Shown one piece after another: positions 52,100-64,000 of a stretch of DNA of 64,000 bases. The notes below the pieces were generated by a model. The model was given only the letters and a program-made list of their open reading frames with translations, made no database searches and was not told the DNA's origin. The stretch's first letter is position 1. The number at the start of each line of letters is the position of its first letter. Position numbers and translations under genes: made by a program. This DNA comes from Camelus dromedarius (taxonomy: Eukaryota), in NCBI RefSeq assembly GCF_036321535.1, contig NC_087436.1, positions 102,612,001 through 102,676,000 on the forward strand. Direction: 5' to 3'.

Positions 52100-54689
52100 A
52101 CGGGCACACTGGAGTAGTTTAGGTGGAGGTGGGGGAGAGGGTTGAGTCCTTGAGGATATATGCACACAATTATAGAATTATAAGGTCAGAGGTACTACTT
52201 GAAGAAAGCTTACATTTATGGCAGTGATTGAGTTAAACAGGAATGTGAGAACCTGTGTTTCACCCCCACAGTGTCTTAGCAATGTGAAGCATGGGGGCTC
52301 AGAGCTACGACACTGAAAACCTCCTGTCTTAGTTTAGAAGCAATTTGGCAGAAGACCTGCATCTGGCTTTACATGGTGGTTTGGCTACTTTCAGAGAAAA
52401 GAAGAAAAAGATAAAAAAATAATAATAATAAAATAAGTAGGTATAGTAAATGCGGTAAACAATAGCTGTAGAAACTGAGTAAGCATGGTAATTAAAAGAT
52501 CCATTACCTGGTGTGGCTAAACTTTTATTCTTTTTTCACCATGAAACAGCATATATATCCTGAAAATAACATCATTTCTCTGTATAATTATTTTTAGATG
52601 CTAATAGAGTCAACATATGCTACTTTGGGATGTGCTGTTCTTGCTCACTTAAAACCCGAAAGTTTCCAATCGTGAGGGGAGTACGCAGCAAGAGAAGATG
52701 TATGGGCTGGACTAGTTTCCAAAATCATTAACTCTTTCACTAGGCGCATATAAGTTATTAGTTTCCATGAAGCTCAAAGTATCTTCTGCAGTCTGTTGTC
52801 ATACGGAGCCTACAGCGAGCCTCTGAATTAGGGCAGATGGCAATCTGGTTTTCTTCTCCTTGTAAGAAGTAGCTCTTGATTAACTAGTGGAACCTGATAG
52901 AAAAGAAATAACTGATATGGAGACCAAGCCGCCATCAATGGTTGTTCTTTCTTCCACTGACCCATCAGTTAGCTGTAACCAGCACGATTTTGTTTTCAAG
53001 TGACAGATGTCCGAGGAATGGGTCTGGGCAGGCACTGAAGTCATATGTGTATTTCATGATCAGAGAGTTGATCCTGTCATCTGGCCTGCTGCTGCCAGTG
53101 CTGATTTTCCTTCAATCCACCTTCATAATCTCGTGGAGAGTTCCTTTATCACCGTTTGAATAAATTTCAGGAAAAAAAAAAATAGTGCGAATCTGGTTAA
53201 TCAATGCACGTGCAGAGCAAACAGTAGCTAACGTATTTCAGTAGCATTCAGAAATACCTTAGAAAGAAGACAGAAATGTTAAAACTTCTCATGGGCTGAG
53301 TAGCAAGAAGTACATCTTGGTTTTTTGGGGGTTTGTTTGTTTTGGGTTTTTTTTTTTCAATTTTCCAGGAAGAAAATTGGCATGTTAGAATCTACAGCAA
53401 TTTGTGAAGGGAGGTTAATTTTTATAAAAATGACCAAGGGCTTTGCAGGACCAAGAATGAATTATTAATAAGAAGTTTGGGGGAAGATTTCATAGAAGGT
53501 CGTTTTGGAATGGGGCCAGAGTGTAAGAACATGCGTCATTTGCGAATATTCACCATTAGCTCTAACCGCACAGAAACTTACTTACCAAGTGCAACAACTT
53601 AAACTGTCCTGGGGATGGGAATCAGCAAACCTAACATTTTCCCAATGAAATTGATAGCAAAAAGGGCCACAATGGGAGGAAAGGAAGACGGGCTATGAAC
53701 AGATTCAATGATAATCCTCTCCTTAGTAAGGCTAGACTGACTCGCCTGTTGCTGAAGTACAAAACTGATGCTAATTGTCAGCAGTAGCAAACGATTTCAC
53801 TCTCCAGTATGAGTCCAAAAGTGTATAATGGAGACGACCACAATCCCCCACTGAATAGGGTATTGGATCAGTGCCTGGCACACGGTATAGTTATTACTTA
53901 TTAGGGCCATCATGACGACAGGTGCATATGTATTATATTAGACCTCTTCAGACATGGAGGAGGAGTAATTTATCTCTGATGGGATAGATACTTAAGTCCA
54001 TTTTACTTGGAATGCCTCTGCTAGCACCACGGTCCATGGGCTTCGGGGGAAAAAAAAACCTTGCAATGTTAAAGTGAATTAGGGTCTATGCTACAAATCA
54101 GAGATGAATATATTAACGAACTCACTCAATGCTTCCTGATCCCTCCACACTGAGTGAGAGAAGCTAATGGATGACCAGAGCACACACTCAGGTAGGGCTT
54201 GGAAAGTCACATATTCCCAGGGAATACAGATTTTGAATATAAACTGCATTAAGGAGTCTCTCAACCAATTGAAGTGATGGCTGGCAGGAAAGAAAATGTG
54301 AAACAGACAGTAGAGGAGCTAATCGACTTTGGCTAATTGACTAGTTGTAGAAGGAGGAATGTAGTCTCCAACTGATTTCCATTATTTTCCTCCCTCCTCT
54401 CCCAACATCAACTGGGAGAAGCATTGGTGGAATTAACCTTTAAGATTTTTGATTATAAGTTACCAAAGATAAAGATTTCCTGGACGTGGTTGTAAATATT
54501 GATGGAAACCTTGTGTGTCCCCCTGTGGAGGGAAGGTGAGTCCAGGCCTCATTACCCCAGAGTTAGTTAGGACAGAGCGTATCTGGGGGAACGAAAGGGG
54601 AGAAATGATGTATGTAAATATTTAGAGTTCAAAATAGTGAGCTGCAGCATTCTTTTGAGTTTGATTTTGTTTTACTAGAACCCCAACTG

Positions 54690-54960
54690 CCTTTTTACTT
54701 TTAAGAATTCCAAATATGCGAATGTGCAGAAGGAGAAGCCTCTGCCTTCTACTCGCAAAGCTGAAGGGGGCCAGAACTCTCTCTCCTCAACAACTGTGAA
54801 TCGATGCACTAGACCGTGGCACTGACTCAGTCAACCAGGGTTTCCCAGGGGGCTCTGGATCTAGTGTTAGTGACAGAAGCCTTGTAACAGTTCGGAGGGA
54901 TGATGTCCAGCAGGAGCGTCAGTGTCCCCTGAATGATGAAGCACCTCATGGCACACAGCC
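54690..54960. mobile_element. Possible old ERVL LTR (LTR33/LTR16-like) fragment
   Basis: Weak recalled similarity only. Confidence 0.3.
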
Positions 54961-55479
54961 AAGGACAGAATCCCCTTCAGACTGTCTACAGGGTAAAGAC
55001 ACCCATCGTCACATATTTTTCACTTGGTGTCTTTCTGTATTCTGACATTGGTTCGCCAGGCTGCCTCGGCTGACTCTTTGAGTTACTTAATATCATTGCA
55101 CTAAAAGTTGACTTTCCACTTAGTTAACCAACATTAGTTTTGCTTGTTACTAATTCTCTTTAATAAAGGTATGATATGGAATATAGTCTACGGAGAATCT
55201 GGAACGTGGCACCTGGCAGCATGGCATTTGTGCTATAAATGATAATTCATATTCCACTCTTTTTATTTTCTATTGACATGATGAAAAGAGTAAATAGCAC
55301 TGTTAATAACAACACATTCAATTAAGGTAACACTAGCTACTCTAACAAAAAAAAAGGCACAAAAATAGATAATGAGCAATATATGGTATTTTATATTTAA
55401 CTCATATGTAATCCAAAATGGGTGCTTTTGAGCAGTTTTCTTCCCTAGCTGGTGATTGAGGGACCCCAAATTCTTTTAT

Positions 55480-55750
55480 CTCATACCTCTCTCACCTTCA
55501 ACACATAGTTTGTCTACATAAGCTGATGGCACGAGGAAGAATATGGAAAATCCCATGTGGGGGGTCTCCGTGGGGGTCTCCACGGGCCAAGCCTGGAAGT
55601 AATGCATGTCACTTCTGCTTGCATTCCATTTGCTGGACCTCTGCGACACAGTCACCCCATAATGCAAGGGAGGCTGGAAAATGTTGTCTATCTATTTGCC
55701 TAAAAGGAAGAAAACTGAATTTGACAAAGAGCTAACATGTCTCTGTGACA
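55480..55750 (-). mobile_element. Old MaLR LTR (MLT1K/L-like) fragment
   Basis: gcctggaagt..catgtcacttctgcttgcattccatt, tgcaagggaggctggaaaatgt. Confidence 0.65.
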
Positions 55751-55769
55751 AATAATAATCATCCCTTTT

Positions 55770-55975
55770 TATATCTTCTGGGAGCTGGTAGTACACTTTA
55801 TACCCATCATCTAACTCATTAAGTCATCACAACAATAATGAGAAGTAGGCATTATTCTGTCCACTTTAAACATGAGGTTTAGAGAAGTTAAGTTTGCTAA
55901 TATTGTACAACTTTGCATCAGCAGAAGTGGAAAATATACACAGATGCTTCTGCCTGAGAGACTGATGCTCATTAC
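55770..55975 (-). mobile_element. MIR SINE
   Basis: catcacaacaat..gagaagtaggcattatt, tgaggtttagagaagttaagt. Confidence 0.6.
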
Positions 55976-57583
55976 ACTTTGATACCCTACCTTTTCATTT
56001 TCATCAGAACTGTTACAATCATCACATTAAACATATTTGAAAACAAAACTGTGGTTGAATCAGTGTTATTATTGTACCAAACACTTTACCAGTAATCACT
56101 TGGCCAAAAATTCAAATAATAGGATTTTTCTTAAATTTTACAGAAAACAATGGTTCAGACCAGAATATATATAAACTGTCAGAATGCTTGCGTGACTACA
56201 CCCCTCCTATATTCATTACATTGTTTTCAATATGAGTTATTCCATATTAGAAATCACTTAACCTGTATCCTTTAATAATCCTAAAGTTAGTTTTAGGGCT
56301 ACAAAGTAATTATTAGATACTTCATATTTCATGTATGACAAATTTAGAAAAGAACATTAGGAAAATCCTTATAATTGAAGTTATTAGATTTCATGAGGTA
56401 AACATATAGGTACAAAGATATGATTTATGCTTATTTCTAATCTCCCACTAAGACCATTCAAAATCATTATGCCGTTTGCTTGAGATAATTACTTTCCTTA
56501 AGAAATTATTTAATGGAGTGTTCAGGTCAACTCCATAGTATATAGAAAATAAGGTTATTTTTGCCCTGTATTGGATGTTTGTAGCTTTTATTTTCTTACT
56601 GTATTAACTAGGAAAGAGGGGCACACCTTTCATACCCACAAATGAAGAATATGGTAAAATCAGCAAGGAGCCAAAAATATAATTCTTCTTCATAATATAT
56701 ATTGCTCATTTTGTGAAAGGAAAGAAAGTCTACAGAGGTACAGCCCAGTGAGGACACCTTAAAAGGGTTTTTATTCAGAAACAAGGGCTGTTAAAAGAAC
56801 ACGTTTTCTGAACTGCAATCGAAACTTACATGTAATAAATGTAAACTGTCTCTCACTGAAAAGAATATCTGATAAAGGAAAGAGTCGTATTATCCATGAA
56901 GCAGAAAGTATAATACAATCCCAAAGTCCTCAATTTTAAATAATAGATTTTCTTCAAACAATAGCTCAGAAAGTAATAGTGTCCTCTTAAAAATATTATA
57001 AAAGTCATTTTATAAAAAGAGAACATTTTTTGAGAAGCAAGGTTTTTCACTGTTTCTTTCTATTCCTAGTTTACTTTACAAACTGAGATCTTGCAAGTTG
57101 AAGGGAATTCATATGCAAATATCATAGATCTTTGCAGTCAGACTTTAAAAAAATATGAATTATAAGGCTTTCTTTTTCATTCAGTTGGAATCATCATGTG
57201 CGCTTTTTCCATGTAATTAATAGAGAAAATTACAGATTTTCATTTTATTTACTATCTTCAAATCACTTTCACACTTCTGAACTATCTTTGTGGTAGGGCT
57301 ATCCATGCTCTTTAGAGAAAGAACTATTCAGAAGCAGAAACGAGAAACTAAAGTGATATTATTCAACAACCCATATTTTTTATTCCAAATTTTTCTATTG
57401 TGAAATACATAAATTATTTTCATCCTAAAGTCAAAGTTTCTATATCAATAAATAGAATTTCCCAGTTAGGTTGAAAACCTTTATGCGGTAAGTCTCTCAT
57501 TTATTTTTTTTCTTTTGTTCTAGAAGGAAGATACATCAGACATTGAGTTTAGATGACCTTTCCTCAGTATGAGTCTACTATCA

Positions 57584-57585
<2 letters not shown>

Positions 57586-57619
<34 letters not shown>
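57586..57619. repeat. (AC)17 microsatellite
   Basis: Directly visible. Confidence 0.97.
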
Positions 57620-57621
<2 letters not shown>

Positions 57622-59294
57622 TACATCTATAGGTTATAATCTCAAATGTGGGGAGGTGGATAATATTTCTACAGCTGTAGTCTATGGAAAGGGCTGGGTC
57701 ACTGATCTATAAAGCATCTTGTTACCACTTCACTTTGCTTTCTGAGAATCCAAATTGTACCTTTATATCTGTAAATGCAGATTGAAAAAAAAAAAATGAC
57801 CTCAGTATTTTGGTGATTGCACTGTGGGTTCCGACGCTGCGATGCTCCAATTCTTTCTAAGGTAGCTGCAGAACCTGAACAGGTAACTATCCAAACAGCT
57901 ACTGTAAACTCCAGAGGTAGAGAGTGAGTTTTCACAACTCTGTGCTTCATTTGAGCACTAAACCAACAGCTTGAACAATGTCAGCTTTGTACAGGCAAAT
58001 TCAAAAGCAAGACTTCCTTTAAAGCAGAACCTCGTAAGGTAATCTACTCACTCCACGAAGGCCACTTTGCATCTGGCAGACTTTCTGTGGCCTTTATTTG
58101 ACGAGATATTGATGGGAAATTTGAATGAGAAATGATGTCTAAGATTTCACTAGTCGTTAACAAATGAGCTTTTGCAAAATGCCAATATGTCATTACCACC
58201 ATCACAAAAAATTAATTTATTGGATTTATCAAGTTACCCACTCATTTACACTTTCAAAAGTCCCAAGAGTTCATTAAGTAGTCCATGCTTCTTAGAAAAT
58301 GTAATGCTCAAGGTTAAGAAGCTCCTCAGAGGCCACTCAGTCATTTTTACTCTTCTACCGACAGAGTCAGCTCCAAAGTATACAGATGCAGCCACTCCAT
58401 CCCTTCAGGGATTATCCACTGCCTGCACACGGGAATATATGGTCCTTAGTCTCCATAGTCCCAGAGAAACGAGTCCCAGAAGGCTATAAAAAGAGAAATG
58501 GCCCGTGTGGTACCTGCACGCTAGGGCGCACCAAACATAAGCTCAAGAATTATTTTATATAAAATCTTTAAGTTCCTTGTGCAATGCCAAGCCATTGTGA
58601 TTCCTCAAAGGGGTGAACTCCCCACTCAGCCTCTTCCAGCAGGAATTGGGCCTGGCAGGGTGTTTGGTGATCTTTCCACTGATGGTATCACCCTACGACA
58701 TCTCTTTTACTTTGAAACATCATTGACAGAATGAGGAAAGGAAGACAGCTTTACCATTAAGACAGCTTTATGAACTCTCATTGAGCAGAGTATGATCTAT
58801 ATTTTTCACACATTAGTGGGAGAAGTTTTTTAATTTTATGCATGCAATTAAAAATCCTTGCTAACATCAGATCTGTTCCATGAACTCATTATTCAGGATC
58901 CATTTATGTAATGAAAAAATATCAGTCCAGAGGAGGGAGTGGAAATGACATTACAAAAAACTGCTATGAATAATTGGGTACAAGTCTTCAAATGTGTTTT
59001 CACTTCTCTTGAGCAAATAAACTGTCCAACTTGGGCATCATCTTTGAATATTTTCCATATCATTAAGTAATCATATTATCTTTGGCTTTTGGCATTACAT
59101 CTTATAGTTACTCCTTAATTTATTAAATTAATTTCCAAGGATTGAATATTTAGGCTATTGCCATGTTTTAATCTACTAAATATATATTAGTAAAGAATAT
59201 TTTTATTTATAAATCTTTATCACTAACTTTGATTACTTCTTAAAATATACAACTCCAAGTGGAATTACTGAAATTATTGGATCAATATAGTTAC

Positions 59295-59506
59295 ACTTTT
59301 TTAAAGAATTTTTAAAGAGTAGTTTTAGGTATAGAACAAATTTGAAAGGAAGGTAAAGAGATTTCTCATATATCCTTCCCTCACACTTGCAAGCCTCCCC
59401 CGTTGTCAACATCAATCTTCAGGACGGTGCATTTTTTTTTTTTTTAACCAGTGATGGTCCTAGATTAACATGCCATAATTACCCAAAGTCCATAGTTGAC
59501 CTTAGG
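59295..59506 (-). mobile_element. L1MC1-like 3' end nested in an older L1ME-like fragment (about 59100-59590)
   Basis: gagtagttttaggt, gcaagcctcccccgttgtcaacatc, acccaaagtccatagtt. Confidence 0.75.
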
Positions 59507-60212
59507 AGTGATATATATTTTTAAGTCTCCTCGTATAAGTGTCAAATTGATTTTCTGAAAGGTTACAAAAATGTATATTTTCAAAGAGTGAAAAAAAAAT
59601 CTGAATTAAACTTTTACCAAAAAAGAAAATATTTTCCTACATTTGAAGGGATTTCAGAATTAAAAGGAGCCATCTCTCCAGCACAATCTTTTACCTCGTC
59701 CTTGAATATCCTCAGTAAAATACACAAAAGTACTTTTCCAGACCCTGCTTGGATAAGAGTGCATGGCTTTTGTCTGCTATTGGATTCCATTAATAATTGA
59801 AAGAGTCTCCTTCCAATGAGCAGGGATCTGCCTCACTGTAGCATCTCCCACATTTTAGCAAGTTTCAGATAAATAGAAACATAGTCCAGCTGAGGTTCTG
59901 GGCCAAATCTATACACTTCATGCAACGTGGAAATGAAGACACGGGAACTGGCTGTGCTCCAAAAATGTTCAGTTCTATCTGGATTTTACTTACTTTGGCT
60001 GTGAATCTTTCTTTGATTAGTAAGTATAGTTTCCTAATTAACAGTGAATGTAAAATTATGAGCTCAATGTTTGGCACATTTCAAAAACTGAAGGAGAATT
60101 AGAAGTTACTTTTATTATAATTACTCTATTACTAGTATATAGAGAATATATATTTATGATTTCTTTTTTTAATTTTGAAAAAAATTGATGAGCTTAGTTG
60201 TTAATTCCTGTC

Positions 60213-60550
60213 TTTTTTTTTTTTATTGAAGTACAGTCAATTACAATGTATCAATTTCTGGTGTTCAGCACAATGTCCCAGTCTTGAATATACATACATA
60301 TATTCATTTTCATTTTTTCTATTAAAGGTTATTACAAGATATTGAGCCTAGTTCCCTGTGCTATCCAAAGAAACAATCTTTTAATCTATTTTTATATATA
60401 GTGGCTAACATTTGTAAGTATCAAGCTGCCAAATTTATCCGTCCCCACCCCCTTTCCCTGGTAACCATAAAATCGTTTACTATGTCTGACTCTGTTTCTG
60501 TTTTGTAGATGAATTCATAGTGTCTGTTTGTTTGTTTTGGTTTGGTTTTT
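60213..60550 (-). mobile_element. Artiodactyl/camelid-type L1 3' end
   Basis: Poly(T), tattgaagtacagtcaattacaatgt, gttccctgtgctat, ctggtaaccataa; reverse-complement similarity to the 22758 element. Confidence 0.88.
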
Positions 60551-60611
60551 TGAATTATTTTAACTGGTAATTCACTCCAAAGCCATGAAAAAAGAAATAC
60601 TATTCCTAACA

Positions 60612-61100
60612 TGATGGTTAATTTTATGTGTCAACTTGACTGGGCCATGGGGTGCCCAGAAATTTAGTCAAACCTTATTCTGGGTGTTTTGGTGAGCATG
60701 TTTGTGGATGAGTTTGACTTTTAAATCGGAAGACTGAGTTAAGCCCATTGCCCCCCATAATGCAATAGGCTTCATCTAGTCAGTTGAAAGCCTAAATAGC
60801 CCAAGAAGGCTGAAACTTTCCTGAGGAAGAGAGAATTCTTTCTGTCTGATTGTCTTTGAACAGGAATATTGGCTTTTTCCTGCCTTCATACTTGAACTGA
60901 AATATCAGCTCTTCCAGGGCTTCTAGACTTTTGGCCTATGAATTGAAAAAAAAAAAAAAAAGAAGAAGGAAAAAAAAAAGAGAAAGGAAAAAAAAAAGGC
61001 TCTCCTGGGTGTCCAGCTTCCTGACTGCACATTTCAGGAATAACCAGATTCAATGGAATTATGATTATGATCAGATGAGCTAATTCCTTATAATTAGTCT
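60612..61100 (+). mobile_element. MLT2-family (MLT2D-like) ERVL LTR
   Basis: tgatggttaattttatgtgtcaacttgactgggccatggggtgcccaga start; ggctctcctgggt..cagctt; aattccttataat. Confidence 0.88.
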
Positions 61101-62559
61101 TCTTACTGTAAGTCCTTCCTGATAAATTAATAAAATGATTGATTCTGGTGATTGATAAATACACCTAGTTTATAGACTTCAACAGAATGAACTAAACACT
61201 ATTTGCAAGTACAGAAAACACAGACTTGTAACGCTACCCACCTTACTTAGAATTAAGTTAGAAATCTGGAGGGTAAATGCTTTGTTTCTTAATCAATAAC
61301 CGAAATAGGAGGAAGGCTACAAAATAACTTTATAACAAAGCTAAAAGCAATCTATCAGAGAAAATAATGCGGATGCACCTAAGAAGAAAGCCCTGAGCTC
61401 TTATCGTCAGCCCTAAAAGTCATCCAATTCTCCTTCATGTGCGTTTTGACTGAGAGCCTTAGTGCTAGTTAAAAGTCTGAGGAAGTGTAACTGGCATTAA
61501 AGGCCTCTAGGACTGATGTGAAAGCCATAGTTTGAAGAGTAAGAAAAATTACTAGCTATTGAGAGAAGAACTCATTTCTCTGCAATTACTTGCTTGAAGA
61601 AACCAACTGGAAATCTGAATGATAGAATAGAGATTCACTCAACCTTGGTATCACCCCCCCTCACCTACTCCTTCTGAAGAAAAGCTTATTTAACTTTACA
61701 GGAGGAAAATTGACAATTTCTCCAGGTTGACCTTTATTTTTTAGACATGTTTCTTTTTTAGTGATGGGGTAGTCTTCCAAGGTTTCAAGAGATTGTTTTC
61801 AAGAAGATATTAGTTTATTTCAGAGAGGCTCAGAGCTTTACTTTCTAACATTGTGCTGGATTAAATGTATTCAAATACATTATCTCCTTTGAAATGTGTT
61901 TTTGAAATGCCTTGCAACCAACCTGCATTCATCTGTCCTGAAGTGGAAATTAAGTACATACTTTCCTTTGCATTCAGAATATCTGTGTATAGCCTTCTGT
62001 TAAGTTCTTTGTATCACTGTTATTTCAAAGAATATATCAGAGTGGCCTCACTGAAATATGTTTAAATGATTATTCAGTTATGTTAATTAACTAAATACTA
62101 TTTTATTAACTTTTACTTTGGAGTTTTCAATGAATTTCATAGCACTTTAAAATACTTTCCCAAATTTGAGATAATAATTGTTTAAAATAGAAAGGAGAGA
62201 ACAATAAAGAACCATATTTCAGTGTTTCATTTCTTACACATAAATATGAGTTTTGTTCTGCACAGTTTCTAAGACCTTCTTGGAACTATTCACTCATCAT
62301 TAATTCAATAAACATGTATTAAATGACTTCCTGGTGCAAAGCATTGTATTTTATCATTAGATTTTTATATTATAATATGCTCTATCTTAGAATATAGTGC
62401 CCATCTCTGGGTTATGTGGTAGCATATATTTTATGTCGATCGTGTTGATCAGAAATCATTTAATTGTGGAGCTTTACAGTTTTAATTCTCTCAACTCCTT
62501 CAACTCCCTGATTTTCAGGAACTCTTTCTAAAATCAATATGTCAGTTCAGTATTAAAAA

Positions 62560-63066
62560 ACTAATAATGATTTTCCATTGTATTCAAGATAAAGTTAAAA
62601 TTCCTTACTGTGACTAAAACTCAGTCCAGGATTTTATTTCAATTTAATCTCATTTTCCTCCCCAAATATGTCCCTTTGGGAATACATCTAGAACTATACA
62701 TTTAATATAGATAGACTGATAGATCGAAAAATCGATAGATCGATAGATAAGGATGTCTATATGTATCCTTGTTCTTTGGCTTTTTCTTGCTTGCATCATT
62801 CTTCAATTTTCAGCTGGACATTACTTCTTTGAAAAGGTCTTATTTCCTTTCTTGGGCAACAGAGTTAGGTACTCACTCTACTGTTCTCCACTATCAAATC
62901 CTGATTAGAGGACTCTTTGCCCTCTAATTTTTATTCATTTTTCATCTATGTTATTCTGTGTTGTCCACTAAGTTACTGCATACAAACATTTTGCCTGGGG
63001 ACTGTTCATAAACTGAGCAGGGCTTGGCATGTAGTAACCATTCAGTATATATCTGAATGAATGAAC
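62560..63066 (+). mobile_element. L2 LINE 3' region
   Basis: gggcttggcatgtagtaaccattcagtatatatctgaatgaatgaa terminal motif. Confidence 0.65.
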
Positions 63067-64000
63067 AAAGAAGTGAGTAGAGAAAGTGAGATTTAATCAA
63101 AGTCAGAGAGACAGTGGCGAAATCAGAATTGGGATACAAGCAGTTTCCACATTCCTTGCACAGAGCTCACATTTTTACTTCCTTCTACCTAGGTAATGAG
63201 TGACATTTTCTAGATTCATACAGAGTAAAAAAATATATATTTCTACCTTTGGGTCAGTAGCTTAAAAACGAAGGTAAAGATTAGATGATGATTGAAAGGA
63301 AACAATTTTTTCTCCCAGCAGTAATTTGACTGAGGGCCACATACCTGCTTTCAAGGCCATTCATAGACACACTCCAGATTCTCTGTCATGAAGAAGTTGG
63401 TTTTGCCCAGAAGGAAGAACTCATGAGGACAACAGATGTAAATGAAGACTTTTCCCATTGCCCGTTGGAAAATGTAGTACTCCTTTATTGTACCCCCTGC
63501 TGTGAATCAGAGATGGGCCCCACTGCCTTGAGGGACATGGCAGTTAGAGACATCAATTACTAAGGAGAAATCCTCCACTAGACCTCCCCGCCTGTGACCC
63601 TTCCTTATCAGTACATAGGCAATTGTACACCCATCGCTCTAGTTAAGGACAGATGAAGCAGAGAATCAGACCAAAAATAAATAAATAAAAAGACTTTTTT
63701 ACTTTACCTTTCTGAGGGCACAACTTTGTACCATCCAGGAAGAAAGAGATGAATTTGACTACAAATAGCCAAAACAGGATGTATCTCAGTCTTTCACTAA
63801 TTTGATAAACTTATTTTAGGAAGTCACTAGTCTGTGCTTAGGATTTGAGAATAAACACTTTTGTTGAAGGAAATAATCCTTGTGAGGGAGGGAAGTGGTG
63901 AGAGGTCAGAAGCCCAGACACAGGGCGTGAAAGTGTGATAAAGACTGCTACCTACAGTCTGGTTCTAATAATGGCACTCAATATTTATTTAATTAAAAAG

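Noticed and set aside
55557..55582. About 12-bp tandem duplication tgggggtctcc
   Set aside because: Real but trivial slippage inside an old LTR.

Overview
AT-rich mammalian non-coding DNA (intergenic or a large intron), most likely from a camelid, judged from two tRNA-derived vic-1-like SINEs and young artiodactyl-type L1 3' ends. I find no intact protein-coding gene, CpG island or structural RNA gene. Much of the window is transposon fossils: L1/HAL1, L2, MIR, MaLR/ERVL/ERV1 LTRs, and Tigger and hAT DNA elements. Repeat subfamily names are recalled from consensus sequences and were not computed; old-repeat boundaries are approximate. The standout feature is an orphan copy of exon 2 of liver glycogen phosphorylase (PYGL) at 27080-27181. 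It keeps both splice sites, its last codon is a stop (Gln->TAG), and it sits in a 315-bp insert (27051-27365) flanked by a perfect 12-bp direct repeat, next to an L1 3' fragment. It looks like a mobilised, unspliced single-exon cassette. Also notable: a young 5'-truncated L1 with an 18-bp TSD whose ATG opens the ORF2 C-terminus, a multi-level nested repeat stack, and a perfect 29-bp tandem duplication inside an ancient L1.
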